The position numbers were made by a program, and so were the translations under genes. This document shows, one piece after another, positions 1 through 9,379 of a stretch of DNA of 64,000 nt (position 1 is the stretch's first letter; the number at the start of each line of letters is the position of its first letter). The notes beneath the pieces are model-generated. The model ran no database searches. It saw only the letters and a list, made by a program, of their open reading frames with translations, and was not told the origin of the DNA. The stretch is from an uncultured Candidatus Saccharibacteria bacterium (GTDB taxonomy: Bacteria; Patescibacteriota; CALEFQ01), in NCBI GenBank assembly GCA_965230955.1, contig OZ246404.1:685426-749425 (forward strand). Direction: 5' to 3'.

Positions 1-253
1 AGCGGTACAATTCATCCACCACCCGCTGGGAACGACGCAGATTATATAAACCGCCGAGAGCAAAAATTGCCAGCCAAACCAAAGCAATCATGACCACGAT
101 CCCGGAATATTCCCGGAAGGTGAAAAGCAACGGATCTTCTCCCGCCACATCGGTACGAAGGCGAACATAATAAGCCAAGGCCGCCGCCGCCGCGATGGCG
201 ATAAAATCTACCGGAACTTGAATGACCGCAAAAGCCAGTTCGGATTTTTTCAT
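1..253 (-). CDS. Sugar transferase / polyprenyl glycosylphosphotransferase, N-terminal part (runs off the window)
   Basis: Hand-translated from the ATG at 253: MKKSELAFAVIQVPVDFIAIAAAAALAYYVRL...WLAIFALGGLYNLRRSQRVVDELYR. Two TM helices with D-F/AYYxR and GLY patterns are typical of the WcaJ/CpsE-like N-terminus. Not in the ORF track. Confidence 0.7.
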   Translation of the reverse strand, partial: MKKSELAFAVIQVPVDFIAIAAAAALAYYVRLRTDVAGEDPLLFTFREYSGIVVMIALVWLAIFALGGLYNLRRSQRVVDELYR

Positions 254-330
254 AATTTAACAAATTCAGCCAAAAACCACGTGGTCAAAAGTTACGTGGA
301 TTTAATTTGGCTCAATCAAAATATCTAAAG

Positions 331-751
331 TACCCAAGAAGACCTGTAAGCCGAGTTCTGTTCCCGCCATAGGCGGGAGACGACCATCTATCTGGGCCGG
401 GCATTACTGCTCGGCTCAAGCTGTCGGATTCTATACCCGAAGGCACAGAGTCCACCGACATTACACCAGGTAGGGTTTGTAGCCGGCGGCTGTCACCAGC
501 CGCGGAGAGGGGTCTTACTCCCTCACTTTTCATCCTTACCCTGTGCCAAATGGCACAAGGCGGTATAGTCTCTGTTACACTTTCCCTGGGCTTCGCCGTT
601 TAAAAAGGCATATGCACTTTTCAAATGACTGCTCCCGCTGGACGTTATCCAGTACCACTTTCACCCTTAATCGGGTTTGGTGCTCGGACTTTCCTCTCCA
701 CCCAGCCCCAAAAAGGAGCGTAGTGGAGCGATCATCCGGTAATCTTGGGTA
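331..751 (-). ncRNA. rnpB: RNase P RNA
   Basis: Minus strand contains GAGGAAAGTCCGAGC near the 5' end and AACAGAACTCGGCTTACAG near the 3' end (P4 signature). The ends pair (TACCCAAGA...TCTTGGGTA). Confidence 0.95.
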
Positions 752-756
752 GTGAA

Positions 757-785
757 ATCATACCTAAAATAGAGGGCGAAGTCAA
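757..785 (-). promoter_or_regulatory. Sigma70-type promoter of rnpB
   Basis: TTGACT-17 nt-TATGAT, ending about 6 nt before the P1 helix. Confidence 0.75.
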
Positions 786-786
786 G

Positions 787-819
787 AAAAACCCCGCTAA
801 TGCAGATGCACTAGCGGGG
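787..819 (-). terminator. Intrinsic terminator of the upstream hypothetical gene
   Basis: CCCCGCTA...TAGCGGGG hairpin followed by a T-run on the minus strand. Confidence 0.6.
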
Positions 820-834
820 AACAATCAATGGCGT

Positions 835-1509
835 TTATTGGGGCGGAAGCTTGATCTTCGAGCCGAAGAAAAGCTTCAGCTCTTCGGCGGGAGTACGCCC
901 TGTTTGAAGCGGTCCCCCGCACGGCTCGTAAAGAAGCTGTGCTAATTCCTCTTCCGCACCGGCTTTCTTTTGAACGATTTTCCAATCGTTCATTGCCCTT
1001 TCTGTCGCTACCTTTTTACAAGGAGGCTGCATAAGGGCAATTTGCTCCAGATTGGAATAAACGAATTCGCACTCGTAACAATCCAATCCCAGGAAGAGCA
1101 TAGTCGATTTCCGCACTAAATCGACAAAAATTTCCTGATCTGCTGGCAACGAAGATCTGCCAAGGAAAAAAATGGCATCGGTCAGCACCGAACTCCAATG
1201 GTTGTTGTCGGGATGGTCACCCGCGTACCTCGGATCCACTGGAATATTGTGCTCCAAACTTTCTTCGACGAGATAGCGAATTCCCCGGAAATCATCCGAT
1301 GTCTCCACCATTTTTTTCGCGGCCTCCAAAGCCATGATTGGCTTGGTTTGACCGACCAAATTCTGAACATTTTCGAACATCGGATCGGTTTCTTCAAGCA
1401 TCTCCTGCTCAGACTCCGGAGAGTCCGGCATGACGGAGAGCCGATCTTCGGCAGACGCAAAACCCACAAAACAAGCACTCATCAAAATGACCCAAATATA
1501 GAACCGCAT
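835..1509 (-). CDS. Hypothetical secreted protein
   Basis: Start moved to ATG 1509 (AAGGAGG RBS). Signal-peptide-like MRFYIWVILMSACFVGFASA; no recognisable domain. Confidence 0.7.
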   Translation of the reverse strand: MRFYIWVILMSACFVGFASAEDRLSVMPDSPESEQEMLEETDPMFENVQNLVGQTKPIMALEAAKKMVETSDDFRGIRYLVEESLEHNIPVDPRYAGDHPDNNHWSSVLTDAIFFLGRSSLPADQEIFVDLVRKSTMLFLGLDCYECEFVYSNLEQIALMQPPCKKVATERAMNDWKIVQKKAGAEEELAQLLYEPCGGPLQTGRTPAEELKLFFGSKIKLPPQ

Positions 1510-1565
1510 ATAGATCCTCCTTCTTTTTTGATCGCGGTTATTGGATACGCCAATTGAATAAAAAC

Positions 1566-1594
1566 AGTCTACCATATATGCATAATTTTGTCAA
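1566..1594 (-). promoter_or_regulatory. Sigma70-type promoter
   Basis: TTGACA-17 nt-TAGACT. Confidence 0.65.
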
Positions 1595-1720
1595 TAGAAA
1601 AAGGCCCCTAAAATAAGGCCTTTAAACATGGGAAAATCGCTTTGTCCGTCACATCGGGCGTCTGTACTTGTTGTGTTTTAGAGTGGTTTTAAACCGCATA
1701 TTCCTGTTCGCCATTCCGGT

Positions 1721-2134
1721 TTAATTTTTACCTGTTGCCTGATCGATCGCTTCATTCACCAACTTATCCGCTTCTTTGTTTTTTTCGCGAGGAATATGAT
1801 GAAAAGCTATTGAATTGAATTTATTGGTCAGGGCCAACGATTTCGCGAACAAAGGCTTGAGATCCGCATTTTTCACCCGGTACTCTCCCCGCATTTGCTT
1901 CACGATCAATTCACTGTCCATAAAGACCTTCAAATCTTCAACTTGTTCCGTTCTTGCCAGTTCCAATCCAGCAATCAATGCCTGATATTCCGCCTGATTA
2001 TTCGTCGCGGTCCCAATAGTTTTTTTGACTTTTGACTTTTGACCTTTGACTTTCAAAACAACCCCGATCCCCGCCGGTCCGGGATTGCCCCGGGCTCCTC
2101 CATCGGTATATAGTTCCGCATTATTCTTTAACAT
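1721..2134 (-). CDS. rnhA: Ribonuclease HI
   Basis: YTDGGARGNPGPAGIG, TNNQAEY, DSELIVKQ, REKNKEADKL motifs. Confidence 0.95.
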   Translation of the reverse strand: MLKNNAELYTDGGARGNPGPAGIGVVLKVKGQKSKVKKTIGTATNNQAEYQALIAGLELARTEQVEDLKVFMDSELIVKQMRGEYRVKNADLKPLFAKSLALTNKFNSIAFHHIPREKNKEADKLVNEAIDQATGKN

Positions 2135-3842
2135 TGGTGCGTATATCTAAAATATTTAATTGAAGCTCTCTATTCCCATTCCATTCGTTGGCCTCAAGCT
2201 CGTAGGCCACATCGACAGTGTCCTGGAAATTGATCCGATTCACCATTTCCCCGAAACCGAAAGCAATGGCCGGAATAACATTGGCCGGAGCTTCCGCCGA
2301 GCGCAAATCAAGTTTGAGATGTTTTCCCTGCTTACCCACCGCTCTCACGCCGGCCACCAATAATTGCTTGGTGGCAAAACGAGGCTTTTCATTGGCGAAA
2401 CCATGCGGCTCAAAAACCTTCAAGGCATCGTGCAATTCCCAATTAATCTGATCCGGCCGCAAAACGGAATCGATCGCCAGCTCACTGCGCAAATCATCGG
2501 GGGCTAATTTTTTCTTGGCCACCGCCTTGAGCCGGCGGGCGAAACTATCAAGATTCTTGTTCGGTACCGTACAACCGGCGGCCTGAGAATGGCCGCCATG
2601 TTTTTCCAGCAAATCATCACACATTCGTATCGCTTCGATAATATTAAATTTGGCGGTACTGCGCGCCGAGCCGACACTGAAAGTCGCCTTTTTTTCCAAA
2701 ATTAACACCGGCCGGGCGTGGCGTTCGCACAGCTTGCCGGCAACCAAACCAACCACACCGGAAGGCCAGTTTTCGCTATAAGCCACCAGGAGGGATTTCT
2801 CATCGGTCACATCCCCGATCTGCGTTTCCGCCTCTTTCATGAATTTATCGGTAATCACTTGGCGCTGGCGATTGATCAAATCCAATTCCTGGGCCAAGGC
2901 CAAAGCTTTTTCCCCGGAATCGGCCATCAGCAAATCAAAAGCTATTTGGGAATGCTTGAGACGGCCGGCGGCATTCAGCCGCGGACCGATACGAAAACCG
3001 ATATCATAAGTGTCCAAATCCTGAAGATCAACTTGCGATTTTTCCATGAGCGAACGTAACCCGGTCCGTTTGGTTCGCGCCAGCACTTGCAAACCGTATT
3101 TCACCAAGGTGCGGTTTTCCCCGATAATCGGCGCGCAATCGGCCACGGTGCCCACCGCCACCAAATCAAGATACCATTTTTCCGACTGGGCTAATTTTTG
3201 TCCGGCCGGCAATTTGGTCTTGAGCGCTTGAATCATTTTAAAAGCCACACCGACACCGGCTAATTGTTTGAAAGGATATTTGTCGTCTTGGCGCGAAGGA
3301 TTGATGACCGCATCCGCCGCGGGAATTTTATCCGGCACGGTATGATGATCGGTGATTACCACGTCCATTCCCAGTTTTTTGGCCAGGGCCACCTCGGTAA
3401 TATTGGTAATTCCGCAATCCACGCTGACGATCAAATTAACGCCATCCGCCTTAAACTTTTTGATAGCTTCTTGATTGATACCGTAGCCCCCTTCTTGCCG
3501 GGACGGAAGAAACACACCTACATCCGCTTTGAGTCCTTTGAGGACATCAAACAAAAGAACGGCGCCACTGACGCCATCGGCATCATAATCGCCGTGGATT
3601 AATATTTTTTCCTTTTTGGCCAGTGCTTTTAAAATTCGCGCCACTCCCCGATCCATATCTTTCATCAGAAAAGGGTCGTGCAAATCCTGTTCGTAATCCG
3701 GATTGACAAATTCATCCACCAGGGCCTGCGTTTTGATTCCACGATTAAAAAGCAACTGCGCCACAATTGAAGAATACTCTGGAAATTTCTTCAGAAATTC
3801 CCGCGGGACAGCCGGAGCGATTTTCCAATCTTGATTTAACAT
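2121..3842 (-). CDS. recJ: Single-stranded DNA-specific exonuclease RecJ
   Basis: HGDYDADG, VDCGI, TDHH, PRLNAAGR, GGHSQAAG motifs. Confidence 0.97.
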   Translation of the reverse strand: MLNQDWKIAPAVPREFLKKFPEYSSIVAQLLFNRGIKTQALVDEFVNPDYEQDLHDPFLMKDMDRGVARILKALAKKEKILIHGDYDADGVSGAVLLFDVLKGLKADVGVFLPSRQEGGYGINQEAIKKFKADGVNLIVSVDCGITNITEVALAKKLGMDVVITDHHTVPDKIPAADAVINPSRQDDKYPFKQLAGVGVAFKMIQALKTKLPAGQKLAQSEKWYLDLVAVGTVADCAPIIGENRTLVKYGLQVLARTKRTGLRSLMEKSQVDLQDLDTYDIGFRIGPRLNAAGRLKHSQIAFDLLMADSGEKALALAQELDLINRQRQVITDKFMKEAETQIGDVTDEKSLLVAYSENWPSGVVGLVAGKLCERHARPVLILEKKATFSVGSARSTAKFNIIEAIRMCDDLLEKHGGHSQAAGCTVPNKNLDSFARRLKAVAKKKLAPDDLRSELAIDSVLRPDQINWELHDALKVFEPHGFANEKPRFATKQLLVAGVRAVGKQGKHLKLDLRSAEAPANVIPAIAFGFGEMVNRINFQDTVDVAYELEANEWNGNRELQLNILDIRTNVKE

Positions 3843-3981
3843 AAAAATCCCTAGACGGGGGTTTGTGGATTAGCTTCTAACATTGTAACGCAAAAATCCC
3901 AATAAAACAAGGCTATACTCCTCGCCAACAAAGCACTCTGAAAACAAAAAGACAACCTCAATCATGGTGTCTTTTTGATTG

Positions 3982-4056
3982 AAATTCAAAATGCATAATT
4001 CATAATGCAAAACTACTAATCCAGATTATGCATTTTGAATTTTGAATTATCAATTA
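3982..4056. repeat. Heptamer-periodic palindromic element, family E (TTCAAAA/TTTTGAA)
   Basis: aattcaaaatgcataattcataatgcaaaa ... ttatgcattttgaattttgaattatcaatt. Confidence 0.6.
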
Positions 4057-4851
4057 TTTCGGCACTTCTATGTCCGGCACGTATTTTTTGTATATCCTTT
4101 GCAAAGTACCGTCGTGCTTTATTTCATCAAAAGCATCTTGCCAATCAGCCGCTATTTTTGGGTCAGTCCCTTTTGATACAGCAATGTAAAACTCGGTTTC
4201 CAATATTTGATACAGAGACTTGATCTCGTCCGGTGAATAGCCGGCATCTTGGACTAAATTACTCACGGTCATGTCGGTAAAAACCGATAAATCTGCTTTC
4301 CTGTCGATTAATTGACGCACATCTTCCTGGGGATCGGTGAAACTTTGTAAATTAGTAAAACCCTGATCTCTGAGATATTGCTCGGTAAACCAAGAAGAAC
4401 AAGTCGCGATCTTGGGCACTTTTTTGGCCTGCGCCAAATCACCGATTTTTAGATCCGAATCGCGGTGAACGTAAAAATATGTTCGATTACGGCCCAGTGG
4501 GCCGACCCAATTAAACAAAGTCTCGCGCTCAGCCGTCCGCTCCGTGCTGAAAAGAATCGTATTGGGATTTGTTTTCGCTTGCGCGTAGGCCTCATCCCAG
4601 GGCAAAAGCGCCAGATCGTAATTACGCACCTCGAGTCGCTTCATGATCTCGGTCACTATCTCCGTCGCCAGGCCGGAAATCCGACCATCTTTTTCGCGAT
4701 AAGTGATCGGGGGATACTCTTCGGTCAGCAGTGTCAATTTAACTTCGCTCACGGGCCGTGTTTTTACGGCAGCAAAATATATCCCCAAGCAACCGGCGAC
4801 GATCACCATCAGCACCATGGCGATAATAAATTTCTTCATTTTGGTTAGCAT
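4054..4851 (-). CDS. Amino-acid ABC-type substrate-binding protein (family 3-like), no permease adjacent
   Basis: N-terminal TM; TEEYPP, SGLATEIV, LPW, RTAERE, W-VGP; C-terminal DGTLQRIYKKY. Confidence 0.8.
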   Translation of the reverse strand: MLTKMKKFIIAMVLMVIVAGCLGIYFAAVKTRPVSEVKLTLLTEEYPPITYREKDGRISGLATEIVTEIMKRLEVRNYDLALLPWDEAYAQAKTNPNTILFSTERTAERETLFNWVGPLGRNRTYFYVHRDSDLKIGDLAQAKKVPKIATCSSWFTEQYLRDQGFTNLQSFTDPQEDVRQLIDRKADLSVFTDMTVSNLVQDAGYSPDEIKSLYQILETEFYIAVSKGTDPKIAADWQDAFDEIKHDGTLQRIYKKYVPDIEVPK

Positions 4852-4902
4852 TTCCTCCGATTAATAACAAGCGGGGCGGCAAAACTTACACCCCGACAAA
4901 AA

Positions 4903-5799
4903 TTATAATTTTTGCAAACTCTCCAATCTCAACCACTGCTCACCAATCTCTCGCTTCAACCGCTCCATCCCCTCTTTATCTTTAAATAACTTTGCGAAAC
5001 GCTTTTGCGGCTTCATAAATTCTTCCAGCTCTTTCGGCTTTTCTACCGGCACCGTAATTTTATAACGCCCATTTTCAACTTCGTACATCGGCCAGTAGCG
5101 AGATTCGACTGCCAACTTAGATAACTCAATCGCCATATCCGTCTCGATTTTCCAGCCAGGAATACACGGAGAAAAAACATTCAAAAACTTCGGTCCGGGA
5201 ATGGAAAAAGCCTTGTGCGCTTTTTGGTATAAATCATTCCACGGCCACAAGGCCGTCTGGGCCGCGTAGGGCAAATCATGCGCGGCGATAATTCTGGTCA
5301 GATCTTTTCTTTTTCCCGACTGTCCCGCCGGAGTTGTCGTCGTTGAAGCGCCGAACGGAGTCGCGCCGGACTTCTGGGCGCCGGTATTCATATAGGCCTG
5401 ATTATCGTAGCAAACATAGAGAAAATCATGGCCGCGCTCAATGGCGGCCGAAAGAAACTGCAAACCGGCGTCATAAGTCGCTCCGTCGCCGGCAAAAACC
5501 ACAAATTTGATCGGCCGATCAATTCGTCCGCGTTTTCTCATGACTTTATAAGCCGCCTCTATTCCGCTGATCGTAGCCGCGGGATTTTCCAAAAGCGAAT
5601 GAACAAAAGGCACCCGCCAAGAAGTCTGCGGGAAAACAGAGGTGGTCACTTCCAAGCACCCGGTTGCCACCGCCACCACGACCGGATCGTCGGTCGCCCG
5701 TAAAACATGCCGAACGATCGTCGTGATCGGACAGCCGGCGCAGGTGCGATAGCCGGGCGCAAGAGTAGGGCGTTTAGTTGTGAGTGAAGCGAGGCGCAT
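4903..5799 (-). CDS. porB: Pyruvate/2-oxoacid:ferredoxin oxidoreductase beta subunit
   Basis: CAGC, ATGCLEV, TPP-binding GDGATYD..YDNQAYMNTG, SPCIPGW. Confidence 0.93.
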   Translation of the reverse strand: MRLASLTTKRPTLAPGYRTCAGCPITTIVRHVLRATDDPVVVAVATGCLEVTTSVFPQTSWRVPFVHSLLENPAATISGIEAAYKVMRKRGRIDRPIKFVVFAGDGATYDAGLQFLSAAIERGHDFLYVCYDNQAYMNTGAQKSGATPFGASTTTTPAGQSGKRKDLTRIIAAHDLPYAAQTALWPWNDLYQKAHKAFSIPGPKFLNVFSPCIPGWKIETDMAIELSKLAVESRYWPMYEVENGRYKITVPVEKPKELEEFMKPQKRFAKLFKDKEGMERLKREIGEQWLRLESLQKL

Positions 5800-5805
5800 G
5801 AGACG

Positions 5806-5914
5806 AAATTTAAAGCTAAAAATTTAAAAGAAATTTAAAGATTAAAAACGAAAACCGCGATTTTAATTTTCGGCTTTAAATTTATTTCAAACTTTGATTT
5901 TTTAATTTTAAATC
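5806..5914. repeat. Heptamer-periodic palindromic element, family F (AAATTTA)
   Basis: aaatttaaagctaaaaatttaaaag... followed by the inverted T-rich half. Confidence 0.55.
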
Positions 5915-5920
5915 TTGATA

Positions 5921-7054
5921 TCATATCGATTTAACAATCTCTTCAACGGTAACATCCTTTCCCCCCAATCCATATATCCGACTGATCACTTCCGGCGCCG
6001 GTTCCAGCCCATAGAGCGCGTTCCGGATTTCACCGACCAGCGGAGCTTGCGCGCCGTAAGACATCGAGCGGTCATAAACAATCACGCGGCGCACTCCCGC
6101 CAGAGCGCGGCGGATTTCATTATAAGGAAAAGGACGAAAAAGTATCGGCTTCAGCAAACCGACTTTCCGCCCGTCGCGGCGCAAGACCTCAACCGCTTCT
6201 TTGGCCGTACCGGCGGTGGAATTAAGAAAAACCAAAGCCGTGTCAGTATCACCGAATTCTTCGACCGCCTCGTCCTCATACAACTCAAACAGCGGATAAG
6301 CTCGCCCGGTCAGAGATGAAAGCTGTTCGCCCAACTCAATATATTTTGCCTTGACGCTTTCCAAAGTCTCGTGCTGATTTATCCGAAAATCCATGTACTG
6401 CTCCGGCAGAACCAGCGGCCCCCAGGTGGAAGGATGATCGACATCCAAAGCGCTTTTCTCGATGGAACGCCCGCCGACAAATTCCGCCGCCGATTGATCA
6501 TTCAGAATCTCCAGGTTTTCCAGAGAATGAGTCGTGACAAAGCCATCCAACAGGACCATCGCCGGCAACTGGATATCTTTGTCCTCGGCAATCTTCGTCG
6601 CCAACAACATGTGTTCATAAACCTCCTGAACATTTTCACAAGCGATTTGTATCCAGCCCAGATCGCGAGTGCCCATGCTATCCGAATGGTCGCAGTGAAT
6701 ATTAAGCGGGCTGGAAATCGCCCGGTTGCCGACAGCCATCACAATCGGCAAACGTAAACCGGCGGCGACACCCAAAACTTCCCACATCAGCGCGATCCCT
6801 TGCGAGGCCGAAGCCGTGATCACGCGAGCGCCGGCGATCGAAGCCCCGACGGCGATACTCATAACCGCATGTTCCGATTCGGCCCGGACCACTTCTCCGT
6901 CGAGCCGACCTTGCGCCGCCATGTCAGCGACCGTTTCAATGATTTGAGTTTGCGGAGTAATCGGATATACCGGAATCACGTCAACTTGCAATTGGCGTAT
7001 CGCTTCGGCCACCGCTTGCGAGCCGGTTAATAATGTTTTATTTACTGTCTTCAT
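5921..7054 (-). CDS. porA: Pyruvate/2-oxoacid:ferredoxin oxidoreductase alpha subunit
   Basis: YPITPQT, ESEH, TASASQG, NRA, IHCDHSD, FRPFP, YGLGG. Confidence 0.94.
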   Translation of the reverse strand: MKTVNKTLLTGSQAVAEAIRQLQVDVIPVYPITPQTQIIETVADMAAQGRLDGEVVRAESEHAVMSIAVGASIAGARVITASASQGIALMWEVLGVAAGLRLPIVMAVGNRAISSPLNIHCDHSDSMGTRDLGWIQIACENVQEVYEHMLLATKIAEDKDIQLPAMVLLDGFVTTHSLENLEILNDQSAAEFVGGRSIEKSALDVDHPSTWGPLVLPEQYMDFRINQHETLESVKAKYIELGEQLSSLTGRAYPLFELYEDEAVEEFGDTDTALVFLNSTAGTAKEAVEVLRRDGRKVGLLKPILFRPFPYNEIRRALAGVRRVIVYDRSMSYGAQAPLVGEIRNALYGLEPAPEVISRIYGLGGKDVTVEEIVKSI

Positions 7055-7304
7055 CGATCATTTCTATGGCTTTGCGCGGCGCCGGACAAACTTGGGCGCA
7101 AACTCCGCAGCCTTTACAATAAGTTAAATCCAAGCCGGAAATTTTACCGTCTTCGGCTTGCCAGCACTGATCCGGACAAAAGTTAACACAAGACAAACAA
7201 TTGATGCAATTTTGCTTCAAATGTTCGGGTTTTTTACCCGTCCGCCAAGAACCGGTTTGGTAATTGATAGACGAGCCGGGTTGGTCGATACGCGAAGAGG
7301 ACAT
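7038..7304 (-). CDS. porD: Pyruvate:ferredoxin oxidoreductase delta subunit
   Basis: TGSWR motif and two CxxCxxCxxxCP 4Fe-4S motifs (YCKGCGVCAQVCP). Confidence 0.92.
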   Translation of the reverse strand: MSSSRIDQPGSSINYQTGSWRTGKKPEHLKQNCINCLSCVNFCPDQCWQAEDGKISGLDLTYCKGCGVCAQVCPAPRKAIEMIDEDSK

Positions 7305-7309
7305 AAATC

Positions 7310-7384
7310 AGGTAACAAGTATCAAGTAATAGGTAACAAAAAGGAAATTATTCCAATTTGATACTTGTCACCTGTTACTTGTTA
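7310..7384. repeat. Heptamer palindromic element, family C (GGTAACA/TGTTACT)
   Basis: ggtaacaagtatcaagtaataggtaaca ... tgatacttgtcacctgttacttgtt. Confidence 0.7.
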
Positions 7385-7387
7385 ATT

Positions 7388-7954
7388 TTAATATTTTATC
7401 TGCTCGACAGCTTTCTCCATTAACTTCACATTCAGCTGGCCCATTTCCGCATTATATTTCTTGGTGAAAAAATCGCCGACCACTTTTTTCAGCACCGTGG
7501 CATCAATAAAATTAATGGCTCGAACGGCGGCGGCCAAGACCGCCATATTGGGCAAATTTTTTCCCAAAGCGGCTCGGGCGATGGGCGAAGCGTCGATAGT
7601 CGCCGCTCGGCCTCGGAATCCCAATAAAGTTTTTATTTCACCGGCCGAACGATTATCATTCACCACCAACCAGCCGTTATCATTTAAACCGGCGACCACG
7701 TTTTCGGATTTGAGCAGCGAAGCATCGATGACCATTACCGTCTGCGGACGATAAACCAGACTGTGAATTTTGATGGGCGCCGATGAAATTCGCACAAAGG
7801 TTTGCATCGGGGCACCGGTCCGCTCCGGACCATAGGAAGGAAAAGCCTGGACAAACCGGCCACACCTAAATGCCGTCTCAGCGATCATCTGAGCGGTAGT
7901 TTCCGCGCCTTGTCCGGCGCGCGCGTGGATTCTAAGTTCGTATAGAAATGCCAT
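7388..7954 (-). CDS. porC: Pyruvate:ferredoxin oxidoreductase gamma subunit
   Basis: IHARAGQG, FPSYGPERTGAP, NMAVLAA; start set at ATG 7954. Confidence 0.92.
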   Translation of the reverse strand: MAFLYELRIHARAGQGAETTAQMIAETAFRCGRFVQAFPSYGPERTGAPMQTFVRISSAPIKIHSLVYRPQTVMVIDASLLKSENVVAGLNDNGWLVVNDNRSAGEIKTLLGFRGRAATIDASPIARAALGKNLPNMAVLAAAVRAINFIDATVLKKVVGDFFTKKYNAEMGQLNVKLMEKAVEQIKY

Positions 7955-7957
7955 CTG

Positions 7958-8017
7958 GGTCAAAAGTCAAAGGTCAAAAGTAAAAAGTTAATGATTGTAC
8001 TTTTGATTTTTGACTTT
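7958..8017. repeat. Heptamer palindromic element, family B (AAGTCAA/TTGACTT)
   Basis: gtcaaaagtcaaaggtcaaaagtaaaaagt ... acttttgatttttgactttt. Confidence 0.75.
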
Positions 8018-8326
8018 TTACCTGGCTAAAGGGTCATGCCCTGTTTCAACTTCCTGCTGATCGGAATAACCATCGCTATCGGTATCGACCAAAAAGAGAT
8101 CGGTACCGAGCTCGACTTCCCGGCTATCCGGCAAACCGTCACGATCGGAATCAATCTCGGCCACTTCAGTCGAAGTCGGAACGGGTGTCGTTTCCGAAAC
8201 CGGTTGGCTAATCGCCGTCCCACTGTCGGTATTAGTCACATCTCCGCAGGAAAAACCCAAACCGGCAAAGCCCAAAATACAAACGCTCAGAGCCAAAGGA
8301 ATAAAAATTTTTGTAAAAACATTCAT
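8018..8326 (-). CDS. Small putative lipoprotein with TSP3-like Ca-binding repeats
   Basis: Lipobox-like LGFSC; DSDRDGLPDSRE..GTD and DTDSDGYSD..E..GHDP repeats. Confidence 0.75.
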   Translation of the reverse strand: MNVFTKIFIPLALSVCILGFAGLGFSCGDVTNTDSGTAISQPVSETTPVPTSTEVAEIDSDRDGLPDSREVELGTDLFLVDTDSDGYSDQQEVETGHDPLAR

Positions 8327-9379
8327 CTATCTTTCCGCCAGTTTAAGAGTCTCGCGCGCGATCAAAACCTCTTCTTTTGGAGCAAAATGCAGAACTTTTA
8401 TTCCTCGCGCCAGCGCCAGATCTTTCAGTACCAGCTGGCGAATATATTCGCTTCCCTCCCCGATCGCGCCGGTAAAAACCAAGGCATCAACTCGATTGAG
8501 CACTGCGAAATAAGCTCCCAAATATTTTTTCAGGCGGTAGGCGTAAAAATCCAGCGCCGCCAATGCTTTTGCCTCGCCCGACTTCGCCGCTTCCTCTATT
8601 TTCAGCATGCCGTCCTTGATTCCTGATAGCGCCGTCATGCCCGATTCTCGATTGAGCAACTGATAAACTTGTTCGGCGCTCATCTTCGCCTGTTTCTGCA
8701 AATAGAGAGGAATTGCCGGATCGATGTCGCCACACCTAGTCATCATGACCAATCCCTCCATGGGTGTGAATCCCATGCTGGTATCAATCGGCTGACCGGC
8801 CTTGATCGCCGCGACGGAGGCTCCGCCGCCGAGGTGAATCGTAATCAAATTAAGTTTATTCAGGTCTTGCTCCAATTCTTGGGCGGCTTGCTGCGCCACC
8901 GATTGGTGAGAAATCCCGTGAAAACCGAAACGGCGCAGGTGATATTTTTCTTCCAAATCAGCCGGCAAGGCATAATGCCGAGCCACGGCGGGCAAATTCG
9001 CGAACCAGCCTGTATCAAAGACGGCAACATTGGGAATATTTTGGCCCAAATTTTTCAAACTCGCCCGGAGACAAGCCAGGCCGGGAGGATTATGCAACGG
9101 CGCCAAATCATTATAGCGCTCCAGACGCCGGATGATAATCTCATTGGCGATCAGCGGGTCGAAAAATTCCTCACCGCCATGAACAATCCGGTGCCCGATC
9201 GCCATCAAATCAGCCTCGCCGTTTAAATCATCCAACATCATTTGGAACGCCATGTCATGATTTTTCACCAAGGTACCAATTTCTCGGATAGTACCGGCGC
9301 TTTTTTGATTCAACTCTCTATCAAATAAAATATACTTCAGCGAAGTTGATCCGGCATTGATGACTAAGATATTGTTCAT
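8327..9379 (-). CDS. ackA: Acetate kinase
   Basis: INAGSTSLK, GHRIVHGG, APLHNP, FGFHGISH, DTSMGFTPMEG, FTGAIGE. Confidence 0.96.
   Translation of the reverse strand: MNNILVINAGSTSLKYILFDRELNQKSAGTIREIGTLVKNHDMAFQMMLDDLNGEADLMAIGHRIVHGGEEFFDPLIANEIIIRRLERYNDLAPLHNPPGLACLRASLKNLGQNIPNVAVFDTGWFANLPAVARHYALPADLEEKYHLRRFGFHGISHQSVAQQAAQELEQDLNKLNLITIHLGGGASVAAIKAGQPIDTSMGFTPMEGLVMMTRCGDIDPAIPLYLQKQAKMSAEQVYQLLNRESGMTALSGIKDGMLKIEEAAKSGEAKALAALDFYAYRLKKYLGAYFAVLNRVDALVFTGAIGEGSEYIRQLVLKDLALARGIKVLHFAPKEEVLIARETLKLAER

Noticed and set aside
42-263. 73-aa ORF in the track
   Set aside because: Wrong frame; the credible CDS is the open-ended membrane protein starting at 253
312-752. ORFs 312..533 (-) and 543..752 (+)
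   Set aside because: They overlap the RNase P RNA gene and show no protein motifs
1649-1714. 21-codon ORF MANRNMRFKTTLKHNKYRRPM downstream of rnhA
   Set aside because: Too short, with no supporting motif or conservation evidence
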